Virus record (IMG/VR): IMGVR_UViG_3300024983_000137
Reading direction: 5' to 3' (one strand)
DNA length: 64,000 bases
DNA from: a virus
Of this stretch, positions 10,801 to 18,631 are shown piece by piece; position 1 is the stretch's first letter, and the number at the start of each line of letters is the position of its first letter. A program made the position numbers and the translations under genes. Under the pieces are notes generated by a model, which saw nothing but the letters and a program-made list of their open reading frames with translations, did not search any database and had not been told where the DNA came from.

Positions 10801-10861
10801 TGATCGAGCACCTTATCCCACAGAGGTAGGATTACCACGAAGAAAAATGTCCGGCTCCTGA
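7808..10861 (+). CDS. dnaE2: Error-prone DNA polymerase III alpha subunit (DnaE2-like)
   Basis: PHP domain (HSYHSL, LTDIN), GRGSGANS, PDFDIDW, KFDILS, FCKAHSASY; coupled to dinB. Confidence 0.88.
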   Translation: MYLNCHSYHSLRYGTIPINMLVEQARACNVTTLALTDINTVTGIYDFTKACQQAGIKPIAGMEIRKDNRLLYIALAKKQSGIGEICRLLTEHNCEGTALPAIAPDFRNVNVIYPISNTPETLKENEFIGIRPEELSMLFRPEWKKRLNSMVILSPVTITNKTEHNLHRILRAIDRNVILSKLDEQDYCCPEEKMRGIEDLLNSYKDYPQIIANTVRVMESCHFEFDFSTPKNKKFYTGSKISDVKLLSTLAYAGLEKRYGKNNATARQRIEKELKVIDELGFSGYFLITWDIIRYSNSMGFMHIGRGSGANSIIAYCLGITDICPLELDLYFERFLNLNRKTPPDFDIDWSWQERDAILQYIFDRYGKEHVAFCGTNVEFKYRSIFREVGKVFGLPKEELDSLTTTPAEKHDDNSVVKLVHKYGKMLEKYPNQRSMHSCGIIISEEPITNYTALEMPPKGFPIVQFDMHIAEDIGFEKFDILSQRGIGHINDAVKLIKKNKGINVDIRDTSISKDEKVCNQFLSRGNTIGCFYIESPAMRGLLRRLKCDNYKTLVAASSIIRPGVAQSGMMKEYVFRHNYPDKFDYFHDVFKEHLGDTYGIMVYQEDVIKIAMHFGGLSAADGDILRRAMSGKGRSLAALQKVKENFFASCKEKGHPEELSREVYRQIESFAGYSFCKAHSASYAVESYQSLYLKVYYPMEFMVAVINNMGGFYRTEVYVHEARMSGANVLNPCVNKSEYETTIYGRDVYLGFMHLQSLEMKISQLIPEERKRNGDYKSLEDFIRRIPIGIEGVQILIYIGAFRFTGKSKNELLIQARLLLIKFKQEDRNLTILQEPVKEWKLPVLERSSFEDAFDEIESLGFPVSCSPFDLLQTKYRGVVMAKDLTNYHRREVKMLAYLIARKHVPTKRGEMYFGTWIDVNGDYFDTAHFTDCLQKYPFQGGGCYLLLGTVEVDYHFPTITISKMAKMPFIPDPRYSHSNEHKYRAHGQIREDVSMTDRAPYPTEVGLPRRKMSGS

Positions 10862-10949
10862 ATAGATTGCTTTCCCAACAGGGTAACAATATGCTCTATC
10901 TCTTGATATATCATAGACAAAAGCATGGTTGAACTAAAACTTATTAGCG

Positions 10950-11753
10950 ATGAAAAGATCATTTTTTAGCGCATTGACCTGTATTGTTGCAGTATCAATG
11001 CTTATTGCAAACGCAAATGCCCAGGAGAATTTTTTGCAGGCTGAAATTTTCAGCGGTCAGAGCAAGCCAATGAAAGATTATCAAAAAATTGGAGAAGCTC
11101 AGCCTGGCTGGCTAATTGGAGGTGCATTCAATTATTACTTTCTTGATGGTTTTGGCTTAGGTTTGGATTTACGCTCCGTAAAGCATTCAAGAAGTCAGCA
11201 GAGTAGTGACACGATATTTTATAATGATGGGTATATATCGAATGCTTATGAAAATGAGAACGAGTTCAGGCACTTCGGAATTTCTCTGGGGCCTGTTTAT
11301 CAATTACAGGCCGGGAAAATAAGTCTGGAACTCTTTGCTAAAGGAGGAGTACTGTTTCAAAAGATGCCCCAGTACACACGAAAGCTTCATGTAAAATATC
11401 ATTCGCTTGACCCTGAAGCACCGATCGAAGCAAACTATAATGTCCTTAAAACAACCCATGATGCTGAAACAAAAGCATGGGCAGTAGTGGCTGGGGCTAA
11501 TTTGAGCTATAATGTCACCAAAAATTTTGGTCTGTTTTTTCAGACGGATTACCACACAACTTTAGGTAAGGAATCTTTCGGAAAACCAACGAACTTTACA
11601 TTTGAAGATCAACGTTTAGGACTTAACCGTCCGCTTGATGGAGTTGCCGATGGAACCGCTAAGGTACAGATGCTAAATTTCAACTTGGGGATAAAATTCT
11701 CATTTGGGAAGAGGAATTATAGAGATTACAGCGAGCTAAAGGAAGTCCAATAG
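10950..11753 (+). CDS. Outer-membrane beta-barrel protein with signal peptide
   Basis: N-terminal signal peptide ending ANA-Q; alternating hydrophobic strands; C-terminal NFNLGIKFSF. Confidence 0.7.
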   Translation: MKRSFFSALTCIVAVSMLIANANAQENFLQAEIFSGQSKPMKDYQKIGEAQPGWLIGGAFNYYFLDGFGLGLDLRSVKHSRSQQSSDTIFYNDGYISNAYENENEFRHFGISLGPVYQLQAGKISLELFAKGGVLFQKMPQYTRKLHVKYHSLDPEAPIEANYNVLKTTHDAETKAWAVVAGANLSYNVTKNFGLFFQTDYHTTLGKESFGKPTNFTFEDQRLGLNRPLDGVADGTAKVQMLNFNLGIKFSFGKRNYRDYSELKEVQ

Positions 11754-11884
11754 TTAGTTGATATAATTGCGGCTAACAGGGCTAAATTCTTCTTATTTTT
11801 ATAGATGCAAAAAGCTATGTACTTGATATTTATTCTTATCTTTGTATAGATAGTTCTTTAACACTATAAAACAATTCAGAAATC

Positions 11885-11915
11885 GGGACCTACTTTGGGA
11901 CCTATTTCGGGACCT
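11885..11915 (+). repeat. Three GGGACCT direct repeats at 12-bp spacing (candidate integrase arm sites)
   Basis: Copies start at 11885, 11897 and 11909, ~55 bp before the att-like fragment. Confidence 0.6.
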
Positions 11916-11970
11916 GTTTTTAAATAGTTTTGTAATTTACTGAAAGTAAGCGTTTTGTATTTTAAAATAT

Positions 11971-11987
11971 AATCCCAGCCGGATCAC
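11971..11987 (+). other. att site: duplicated 3' end of a tRNA (probably Arg)
   Basis: AATCCCAGCCGGATCAC resembles T-loop end, T-stem and acceptor 3' strand; no 5' tRNA half upstream; lies between two elements and is followed by a terminator and an integrase. Confidence 0.6.
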
Positions 11988-11988
11988 T

Positions 11989-12016
11989 AAAAAGCCACCT
12001 TCAGGGTGGCTTTTTT
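11989..12016 (+). terminator. Rho-independent terminator
   Basis: AAAAAGCCACC-ttcag-GGTGGCTTTTTT. Confidence 0.8.
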
Positions 12017-12110
12017 CGTTAAAAACTGCCAATTCCTATTAAAATCAATACGTTAGCGATTCTCTCAAAAAGCGGTAAAAACAAATAAAACTATCAGAAT
12101 AGAAACTTTT

Positions 12111-12157
12111 TGTCACCTATTCTGTCACCAGTTTTTTTGCTTTATTTTGGTGACAGA
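12111..12157. repeat. GTCACC direct repeats (12-bp spacing) and a TCTGTCACCA/TGGTGACAGA inverted repeat
   Basis: GTCACC at 12112 and 12124; inverted arms 12121-12130 and 12148-12157; upstream of the integrase. Confidence 0.55.
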
Positions 12158-12253
12158 AACATCTGTACACATTGTACAGTAAGGCTTTCCGATTTCGTTC
12201 GTCCCATTTATCGAATGATTTTTTGATACAAAAAACATCAAAAATTCAACGCT

Positions 12254-13510
12254 ATGATTACAAAACAAAAAGTAAGAGTTGTGTATCGTCTGAACACACA
12301 GAAAGAAAAAGACGGAAAACATCCCATTTTCATGCGGATATTCGTCGACCACAAAAAATCCGAAGTCTTTACAGACCAGTATGTTTCAGAAGCACATTGG
12401 GACAATAACGCCAAGAAAGTTCGTTCAGCCTGTAAAGAAGCCGATTACATAAACAGCTATTTAGACAACCTGAAAGCCAAAGTTCAGAACCAGTTTTACG
12501 AACTGAGAAGCCAGGGAAAAGAAATTACTTCAGAACAGCTAAAGAATCAACTCTTAGGCATCGAAGAAAAGCTTAAACACAAAACCATCCTCGAAGCCTT
12601 CGACTACCACAATTTAAAACTATCCGAACAGGTCAAAATCGGAAAAGTAGTTGCTAAGACATACACCCGTTACAAAATCACAAAAAACAAAGTAGAAGCA
12701 TTCATACAGTACCAGTACAAAAAAGACAACATACCCCTGCCCGAAATGCGGTTGCGGTTTGTAACAGAATTTGAACATTATCTGCTGACCATTGACAAAC
12801 TCCAATCCAACACCGCACACAAATACATCAAGAACCTCAAAAAGATCATGAACATGGCAGTAGGTTTGGACTGGATTCCCTCAAACCCTTTCAACCTATT
12901 CAAGTGTTCTTATGTCAGCACCGAGCGCGATATTTTGAACCAGGAAGAACTGGATGTAATCCGTCACAAGAAAATCAGCATAGAACGCCTGGCAGAAGTC
13001 CGCGATGTATTCATATTCTGCTGTTACACCGGGTTCGCCTACAGTGATGTTTACCAGTTCGAACGCAACGCGGTTATCATTGGTTTGGATGGCGAATACT
13101 GGCTTTCAACCAACCGCCAGAAAACAGGCACAAAAGAAAGTGTGCCATTGTTACCCATTCCTTTGGAAATTATTGAGAAATACAAAGACAATGAATATTG
13201 CATCAAGCACAACAAGTTGTTGCCCATCAACAGCAACCAGCGTTACAATGCCTACCTGAAAGAAATGGCAGACATCTGCGGGATCAAAAAACACCTCACA
13301 ACCCACATTGCACGGCACACATTCGCCACAACCGTCACCCTGGCAAATGGCGTTCCGATAGAAACAGTCAGTGCCATGCTCGGACACAACAACATCCGCA
13401 CCACACAGATTTATGCAAAAGTCGTAGAACAGAAAGTAAGCGATGATATGCAGCAACTAAGAGAAAAACTATTCGCACAATCCGGCCAACTGAAAACCAA
13501 AATAGGGTAA
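12254..13510 (+). CDS. Tyrosine recombinase/integrase (Bacteroidota arm-binding type)
   Basis: Catalytic region HLTTHIARHTFAT, LGHNNIRTTQIYAK; N-terminal arm-binding domain. Confidence 0.93.
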   Translation: MITKQKVRVVYRLNTQKEKDGKHPIFMRIFVDHKKSEVFTDQYVSEAHWDNNAKKVRSACKEADYINSYLDNLKAKVQNQFYELRSQGKEITSEQLKNQLLGIEEKLKHKTILEAFDYHNLKLSEQVKIGKVVAKTYTRYKITKNKVEAFIQYQYKKDNIPLPEMRLRFVTEFEHYLLTIDKLQSNTAHKYIKNLKKIMNMAVGLDWIPSNPFNLFKCSYVSTERDILNQEELDVIRHKKISIERLAEVRDVFIFCCYTGFAYSDVYQFERNAVIIGLDGEYWLSTNRQKTGTKESVPLLPIPLEIIEKYKDNEYCIKHNKLLPINSNQRYNAYLKEMADICGIKKHLTTHIARHTFATTVTLANGVPIETVSAMLGHNNIRTTQIYAKVVEQKVSDDMQQLREKLFAQSGQLKTKIG

Positions 13511-13528
13511 TAAGTTCGATACAAAATC

Positions 13529-13556
13529 AAGGAGGGAAAAACGACCCTCCTTTTTT
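13529..13556 (+). terminator. Rho-independent terminator after the integrase
   Basis: AAGGAGGG-aaaaacga-CCCTCCTTTTTT. Confidence 0.75.
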
Positions 13557-13752
13557 ATTTTCGGGACATTTCAGTACGATTTTCAAAGACATCAAAACAT
13601 TCATTCAGAGGCAAAAAGAATGATTCAACAACATCCATTTAAACCAATTCGGCACAAAATCACACAAATAAATACCCAACTTGGGTACAACTTGTGAGAA
13701 TATTTCGACCGAACCCTTGAGTTTTGTTCCAACAACACATAAAATCAACGAA

Positions 13753-14037
13753 ATGGCACTAGAAATCATCACATTGGAAGACTTGGAACGTTTTGGCGAA
13801 AAACTTACCGAAACCCTAAAAAACATTATCGAAGAAAACAAACAACCCGAAAAACAGGAAGACACCATCTGGCTAAAATCGCATCAGGTACAGCGAATGC
13901 TCGGAATTTCTCCCGGAACACTGCAAAATCTGAGAATAAACGGAACAATTCCCTACTCCAAAGTTGGCGGGGTCATTTTCTACGACAGAAGGGAAATCAT
14001 CAAAGTGATGGAATCAAACAAGCGTAATTCCCTGTAA
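13753..14037 (+). CDS. Excisionase-like HTH protein
   Basis: WLKSHQVQRMLGISPGTLQNLRINGTIPYSKVGG, a HTH_17-like signature; start at ATG 13753. Confidence 0.85.
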   Translation: MALEIITLEDLERFGEKLTETLKNIIEENKQPEKQEDTIWLKSHQVQRMLGISPGTLQNLRINGTIPYSKVGGVIFYDRREIIKVMESNKRNSL

Positions 14038-14038
14038 G

Positions 14039-14800
14039 ATGAAAACCCCTGAAACTCCCGTCAACGGCAAAACCCTCAACGAAGTGAATTACATTCAGCA
14101 CCTGACGGGCTTTTATGAGTTAATCGCCAAAGACAACCGGCTGACAACAGCACACGTCAGTCTCTACATGGCATTGTTCCAGTTCTGGAACCTCAACCGT
14201 TTTCAAAACCCCATTTCAATCAGCAGAAACGAAATGATGGACATTTCAAAGATTGGTTCAACCAACACCTACACCAGGTGCCTGAAAGAATTGGACACCT
14301 ACGGTTACATCCAATATTTACCCTCATTCAATCCCTTGAAAGGAAGTACCGTCAACCTGTTCGATTTCAATAAGGGTACTGATAATAGTTGTGATAAAGG
14401 TAGTAGTAAAGCTACCGATAAAGCTTGTGAAAGGCTTGTGCGACCTTCTATAAACAAAAGAAAACATATAAACAATAAAACAAGAGAGAAGGAAAATTCG
14501 AAAAACGAATTTCCTCCCACCCAAAAAAATAAGAAAATGAAAAATCAACATTTTACCATTCCGGATTTACAAGAAGTACAATCCTACTTTCTCGAAAAGC
14601 AAAACAGCCAAACCGAAGCAGAACGCTTTTTTAACTACTTCGAATCAAATGGGTGGTTAGTCGGAGGAAAAACAAAAATGAAAGACTGGAAAGCAGCTGC
14701 ACGAAACTGGATGATGCGGTCAAAAGAATTCCAAAAAGAAAAACAACCAACCAATCCACTCAGTACCAATCAAAACAAAGACTATTCCATCCCATTATAA
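14039..14800 (+). CDS. Replication initiator-like protein (N-terminal wHTH, phage-type C-terminal domain)
   Basis: SLYMALFQFWN...ISRNEMM...YTRCLKEL; C-terminal FFNYFESNGWLVG...MKDWKAAARNW. Confidence 0.7.
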   Translation: MKTPETPVNGKTLNEVNYIQHLTGFYELIAKDNRLTTAHVSLYMALFQFWNLNRFQNPISISRNEMMDISKIGSTNTYTRCLKELDTYGYIQYLPSFNPLKGSTVNLFDFNKGTDNSCDKGSSKATDKACERLVRPSINKRKHINNKTREKENSKNEFPPTQKNKKMKNQHFTIPDLQEVQSYFLEKQNSQTEAERFFNYFESNGWLVGGKTKMKDWKAAARNWMMRSKEFQKEKQPTNPLSTNQNKDYSIPL

Positions 14801-14841
14801 ATTCATCTAGTGTCTTTTGTCTAACCTCTTATGTCTCAACT

Positions 14842-15465
14842 ATGGAATTACCATACAAAATAGAAAACAACACACGGATCTTTGACTGGAACCAAACCTG
14901 TCATTACCTTATCCACATCGGCAGACTTCGTTACGGTCAAAGCTTCACGCTCCACAAAGAAAACCTGAAAATAATTTATCGGTTGGTACTCTACATCATC
15001 CGGGACGAAGAAAACTGCAAACAGCGAAACATTGACCTCAACAAAGGAATCTTATTACTTGGCTCTGTTGGTTGTGGCAAAACCTCCTTAATGACCTTAG
15101 TCCAGGAACTCGCGTTTCCCGAATTTCGTTACCGTGTAAAACCAACCAGAGACATCGCCTTTGAATTTCAAAAAGAAGGCTACGACATAATTCATCGTTA
15201 CGGAAAATCCAAACACACCATCTGCTTAGACGATTTAGGAGTAGAACACAATATCAAATTCTATGGCAACGAATGCAACACCATTGGTGAAATACTCTTA
15301 CATCGCTATGACCTCTTAATCCATTCCGGAACTATTACCCACGCCACCACCAACCTCAATGCCGAAGAACTCGAACAAATGTATGGCAACCGTGTACGAT
15401 CAAGGCTCCGTGAAATGTTCAATTTGATTTCATTCCCGGTATCGTCTCAGGATAAGAGGAAGTGA
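14842..15465 (+). CDS. DnaC/IstB-like P-loop ATPase (helicase-loader-like)
   Basis: GSVGCGKT Walker A, CLDDLGVE Walker B, TTNL, YGNRVRSRLREM; start at ATG 14842. Confidence 0.8.
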   Translation: MELPYKIENNTRIFDWNQTCHYLIHIGRLRYGQSFTLHKENLKIIYRLVLYIIRDEENCKQRNIDLNKGILLLGSVGCGKTSLMTLVQELAFPEFRYRVKPTRDIAFEFQKEGYDIIHRYGKSKHTICLDDLGVEHNIKFYGNECNTIGEILLHRYDLLIHSGTITHATTNLNAEELEQMYGNRVRSRLREMFNLISFPVSSQDKRK

Positions 15466-15489
15466 CTGAAATCATTCAATTATTGGTAA

Positions 15490-16611
15490 TTATATCGTAA
15501 GTTTCTTTTCAAGTTTGTTCAATGTGTCTATAAGTTTCGTGAGTGGATTAATCTGATTTTTTCCAACAAAGCAAAAGAAAATTTCAATGTTCAGTTCCTT
15601 ACATTTTTCAATAATTGTCGTTGAAGGCATAAACCTTGAAACTAAAAGAGATTTAGAAATAACACCACCATAAGTGTCTTTTACTACTCGCATTTTATTT
15701 ATGTCCTCTTGTTTTACAATTCCAGATTTACATTCAACAAAAATTAGTTTACCTCCAATGTTTACAAGAATATCTATTTCATTTTTTGTCGTGTTTGTAT
15801 CTGTTTTAAAAGGAAGTTCGCATTGAATTAGTAGTTCTTTTGCTTTTGTCCATTTTGAAATTGCTTTAGCAACGGTCAACTCCCACCAACCCGCATTAAA
15901 AAATAGAGTTCTCGCATTGGGAGAATCAATTTTCAATACATCACGGCCTTGAAGCGTTATAGTAATTTTGTTAGCAGTCCAGTTCAATTTGCAGGTTTTA
16001 TTTATTTCAAGCAGTCCTGATGTTGGAACCTTAATTTTATTGTATTTATCCTTGTAGGCATTTCTGATTTTAGAATTGATTTGCAAAAGCAATTTGTCGT
16101 AGGACAATGAAAAACTTTCTATGGCTGAAACACATTTAAAATCATCGTTAGAAAAATTAGAAAGAACATTTGAATGACTTATTTTATGTCCCGTCATTTC
16201 CAAAAATTCTTTTATCGTAATTTCTGATATGATTTTTTTGATTTCGTATGAAGGTAATTGTAGGAATGTATTGTCTAAGTTTATGTAAAATCCTTTTATA
16301 TTTTTTTCTTGCATTATGGCTTGGGCAGCCAATACCATTACTTTAGTTCCTCCTGTCAAATTAAATTGAACTTCGTCAGAAGATTCAATCTTCTCAAGTA
16401 TGTCAGTAAGTTTTTTTTTGATAGAAGTAAAATCAAACGGATTGCATTGTTTTTCAGAAAATATTTTGTCTGAAAAAAATGGTTTGAGTAAGCTAATTTT
16501 GTTTTTGGATTCTTCTGAAACAATAAAATGAATTTTATCGGGAGAAAATTCTTTTATCCCAACAAATACTGGCAAAAGTTGCCCGCCAATGAAAGTGATT
16601 TGGTGCTTCAT
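15490..16611 (-). CDS. CARF plus PD-(D/E)XK nuclease (Card1/Can2/DUF1887-like)
   Basis: N-terminal CARF (IGGQLLPV...FNLTGGTKVM); C-terminal GWWEL...NEIDIL...FVECKSG. Confidence 0.82.
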   Translation of the reverse strand: MKHQITFIGGQLLPVFVGIKEFSPDKIHFIVSEESKNKISLLKPFFSDKIFSEKQCNPFDFTSIKKKLTDILEKIESSDEVQFNLTGGTKVMVLAAQAIMQEKNIKGFYINLDNTFLQLPSYEIKKIISEITIKEFLEMTGHKISHSNVLSNFSNDDFKCVSAIESFSLSYDKLLLQINSKIRNAYKDKYNKIKVPTSGLLEINKTCKLNWTANKITITLQGRDVLKIDSPNARTLFFNAGWWELTVAKAISKWTKAKELLIQCELPFKTDTNTTKNEIDILVNIGGKLIFVECKSGIVKQEDINKMRVVKDTYGGVISKSLLVSRFMPSTTIIEKCKELNIEIFFCFVGKNQINPLTKLIDTLNKLEKKLTI

Positions 16612-17186
16612 TTTAAGAATATTTCAGGTTGATTTTTAAACGGATTGTACACAACATTAAGTATTTCAGAGCCTGGCATTGGCTTTCTTAAATCTTTGAT
16701 ATATTCAGAAAAATCAACGTAAACGATTCTACAACCGTAATCTTTTCCAAAAATGGAAGCTGATGCCACCATTGATTTTTTACCGCCTGTAATGTCAACC
16801 GTAATTTGTGAGTTTGGATTCAAAACAAGTTGTTCTTTCATTGCGTTATACATTGATTCAAAACTTTCATCATCTAGGTAGATGAGTTCGTAATTAGATT
16901 CAAGGAATTTTTCAAGATAACTATTATCAACTTTTTGGTTGTTTGTAGTGAAAATGATATGTGTTTCAGGCTGTACTGCTTTTGCAGTAAGAATTATTGG
17001 TTCAGGTGAAAAACCAAGCACCGAAAACAATGTGCCACCTCGAGGCAATGTATTACTATACTTTTCGCAGAAATTGTTTATCACTGCTTCAAAAAGTTTT
17101 TCAAAGTATAATTCTTGTGCTTTTTCAAATTTGCCATTTTGGGCAAGGTCAAGCCATTCTTGTAAATATGGAATTTGTTTACTCAT
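16608..17186 (-). CDS. Stand-alone CARF-domain protein
   Basis: VLGFSPEPIILT and VDITGGKKSM CARF motifs, VYVDF; no effector domain in 192 aa. Confidence 0.78.
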   Translation of the reverse strand: MSKQIPYLQEWLDLAQNGKFEKAQELYFEKLFEAVINNFCEKYSNTLPRGGTLFSVLGFSPEPIILTAKAVQPETHIIFTTNNQKVDNSYLEKFLESNYELIYLDDESFESMYNAMKEQLVLNPNSQITVDITGGKKSMVASASIFGKDYGCRIVYVDFSEYIKDLRKPMPGSEILNVVYNPFKNQPEIFLK

Positions 17187-18631
17187 TAGCTTTTACTGAT
17201 TTTAAGTTCAAAAAATTTAAAGATGTATTTTTCTATATCAAACCTTGGTGCGGTTTTTTCTAAAAGAAAAATGTTACTCCCTTTTAAATTGCATTTATAG
17301 AAATAGTTTCCTATAATTAAGTATTCAGAATCTTTAGATTTCCCATAAAATATAATGGATGATTTAAACTCCTCTAAGTTCACATTCAAGGTGGATTTGT
17401 ATGAAACAACTGGGTTTTGCGGCAATAAAGGAGCGCTTAAACCCTTTTGCTGTTCATAAGCGATATACGTTACAAATAAGTCGTTTCGTGTTGGATTAAT
17501 TTTAAATTCATAAAACGATGTTTCTATTAGTTTTTTGTGAAAATCAAGAAACTCTTTTCGTTGTGTTTCATTTAAAACACTACCAACTTCAAAGCCATTA
17601 ATTAAACCGTGATTTCCGTCAATATTTGCTGTAAATATCATTCCTGTTTTTTCATTAATAACACCTTTTGAATGATTAAATACATCTGCATAAACTTTAC
17701 AACCAATTTCACTTAATTTTGATACGCCTTCCAAATGGTCATTTCTGTAATTCATTCCTCTGCAAAAAATAGAAACAGAAACGCTTCTTTCTATTGCTCT
17801 CTTAATTGATTGAAATAATTCTTCTATTGAATTTAATCCAACAATACTGTAAGTTGATAAATACAAATATTCATTTGCTTGGTTGATGATTGAAACAATT
17901 TCATCAAGCAAATTATTAGATAGATTTTCGCAAGTATATCTGAGGGCTGAAAGTTCTGATTTTGGCAATAAATTGCTATCAATGTCTGCTTCTGATTGAA
18001 CAACTAACATTTTACCTTTTTTCTTAGTGCCTAAAAATTGCTTGTAAGTTGTGCCTTGTAGAAAAATTACATCAAATAATTTGTCAAGTTCTTCACTGCT
18101 TTTTTCATCTAAATAAGCACCCGATTCCGTATTAAAGGTTAGTGATGGTGTAGTGAAATTTGCACTTGTAATAAAGCCAATGGTTCTGTCTGCAACTATA
18201 AATTTAGAATGGGCAGTAAGCGAAGCTCTAACGTGTATGCCATTATCATAAAGTTGCTTTATGTATTTCAAATGTGTTCGTGCTGGGTTTTCCTTTATTT
18301 CTTCTTCGGTAATAAAATCAACCAAAGACAAGGAGTTTTCCAATTTGGTTGGATCTAATTGAGTAAGTATAAAAAGAGCAACTTGGGTTTCTTTAGCTTT
18401 ATTCAGTATTGCACTAAATATCTCTTGGTCGGTAATAATGAAACTACAAACTTTTAAAACAGAGGTCGCTTCGCCAATTATTTTAAGTATTTCATTTTTT
18501 AAAGTAACATTACCTTCTTGAGTTAAGAAAATGGTTTCATAATCAAGAAATGGAGTAAACTCTGCTTTACTTTCGTTTAAAACGAAAACGCCTGAATTTA
18601 GTGTGTCTGTATTTTTTAAAACTAATTCCAT
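17186..18631 (-). CDS. Phospholipase D-family protein with two HKD motifs (putative nuclease)
   Basis: HSKFIVAD...TSANFT and HSKGVINE...FTANID. Confidence 0.82.
   Translation of the reverse strand: MELVLKNTDTLNSGVFVLNESKAEFTPFLDYETIFLTQEGNVTLKNEILKIIGEATSVLKVCSFIITDQEIFSAILNKAKETQVALFILTQLDPTKLENSLSLVDFITEEEIKENPARTHLKYIKQLYDNGIHVRASLTAHSKFIVADRTIGFITSANFTTPSLTFNTESGAYLDEKSSEELDKLFDVIFLQGTTYKQFLGTKKKGKMLVVQSEADIDSNLLPKSELSALRYTCENLSNNLLDEIVSIINQANEYLYLSTYSIVGLNSIEELFQSIKRAIERSVSVSIFCRGMNYRNDHLEGVSKLSEIGCKVYADVFNHSKGVINEKTGMIFTANIDGNHGLINGFEVGSVLNETQRKEFLDFHKKLIETSFYEFKINPTRNDLFVTYIAYEQQKGLSAPLLPQNPVVSYKSTLNVNLEEFKSSIIFYGKSKDSEYLIIGNYFYKCNLKGSNIFLLEKTAPRFDIEKYIFKFFELKISKS

Larger units (their letters stand above)
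1..11987. mobile_element. Right part of an ICE-like integrative element (PRTRC and SOS-mutagenesis cargo)
   Basis: DUF932-like gene, PRTRC cassette and dinB/dnaE2 cargo; ends at a tRNA-like 3' fragment (11971-11987) preceded by 12-bp-periodic GGGACCT repeats. Left end is outside the window. Confidence 0.7.

Noticed and set aside
11900-11990. Complete tRNA gene
   Set aside because: Only ~17 nt of 3' end match; the upstream sequence cannot form D or anticodon arms.
14653-14841. Extended ORF-track starts (14653, 13681, 6605, 2874, 48703, 56501, 57845, 61654)
   Set aside because: They overlap upstream genes or regulatory DNA; downstream ATGs give normal operon spacing.
15490-17186. CARF genes as part of a CRISPR-Cas locus
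   Set aside because: No cas genes or repeat-spacer array are visible anywhere in the window.
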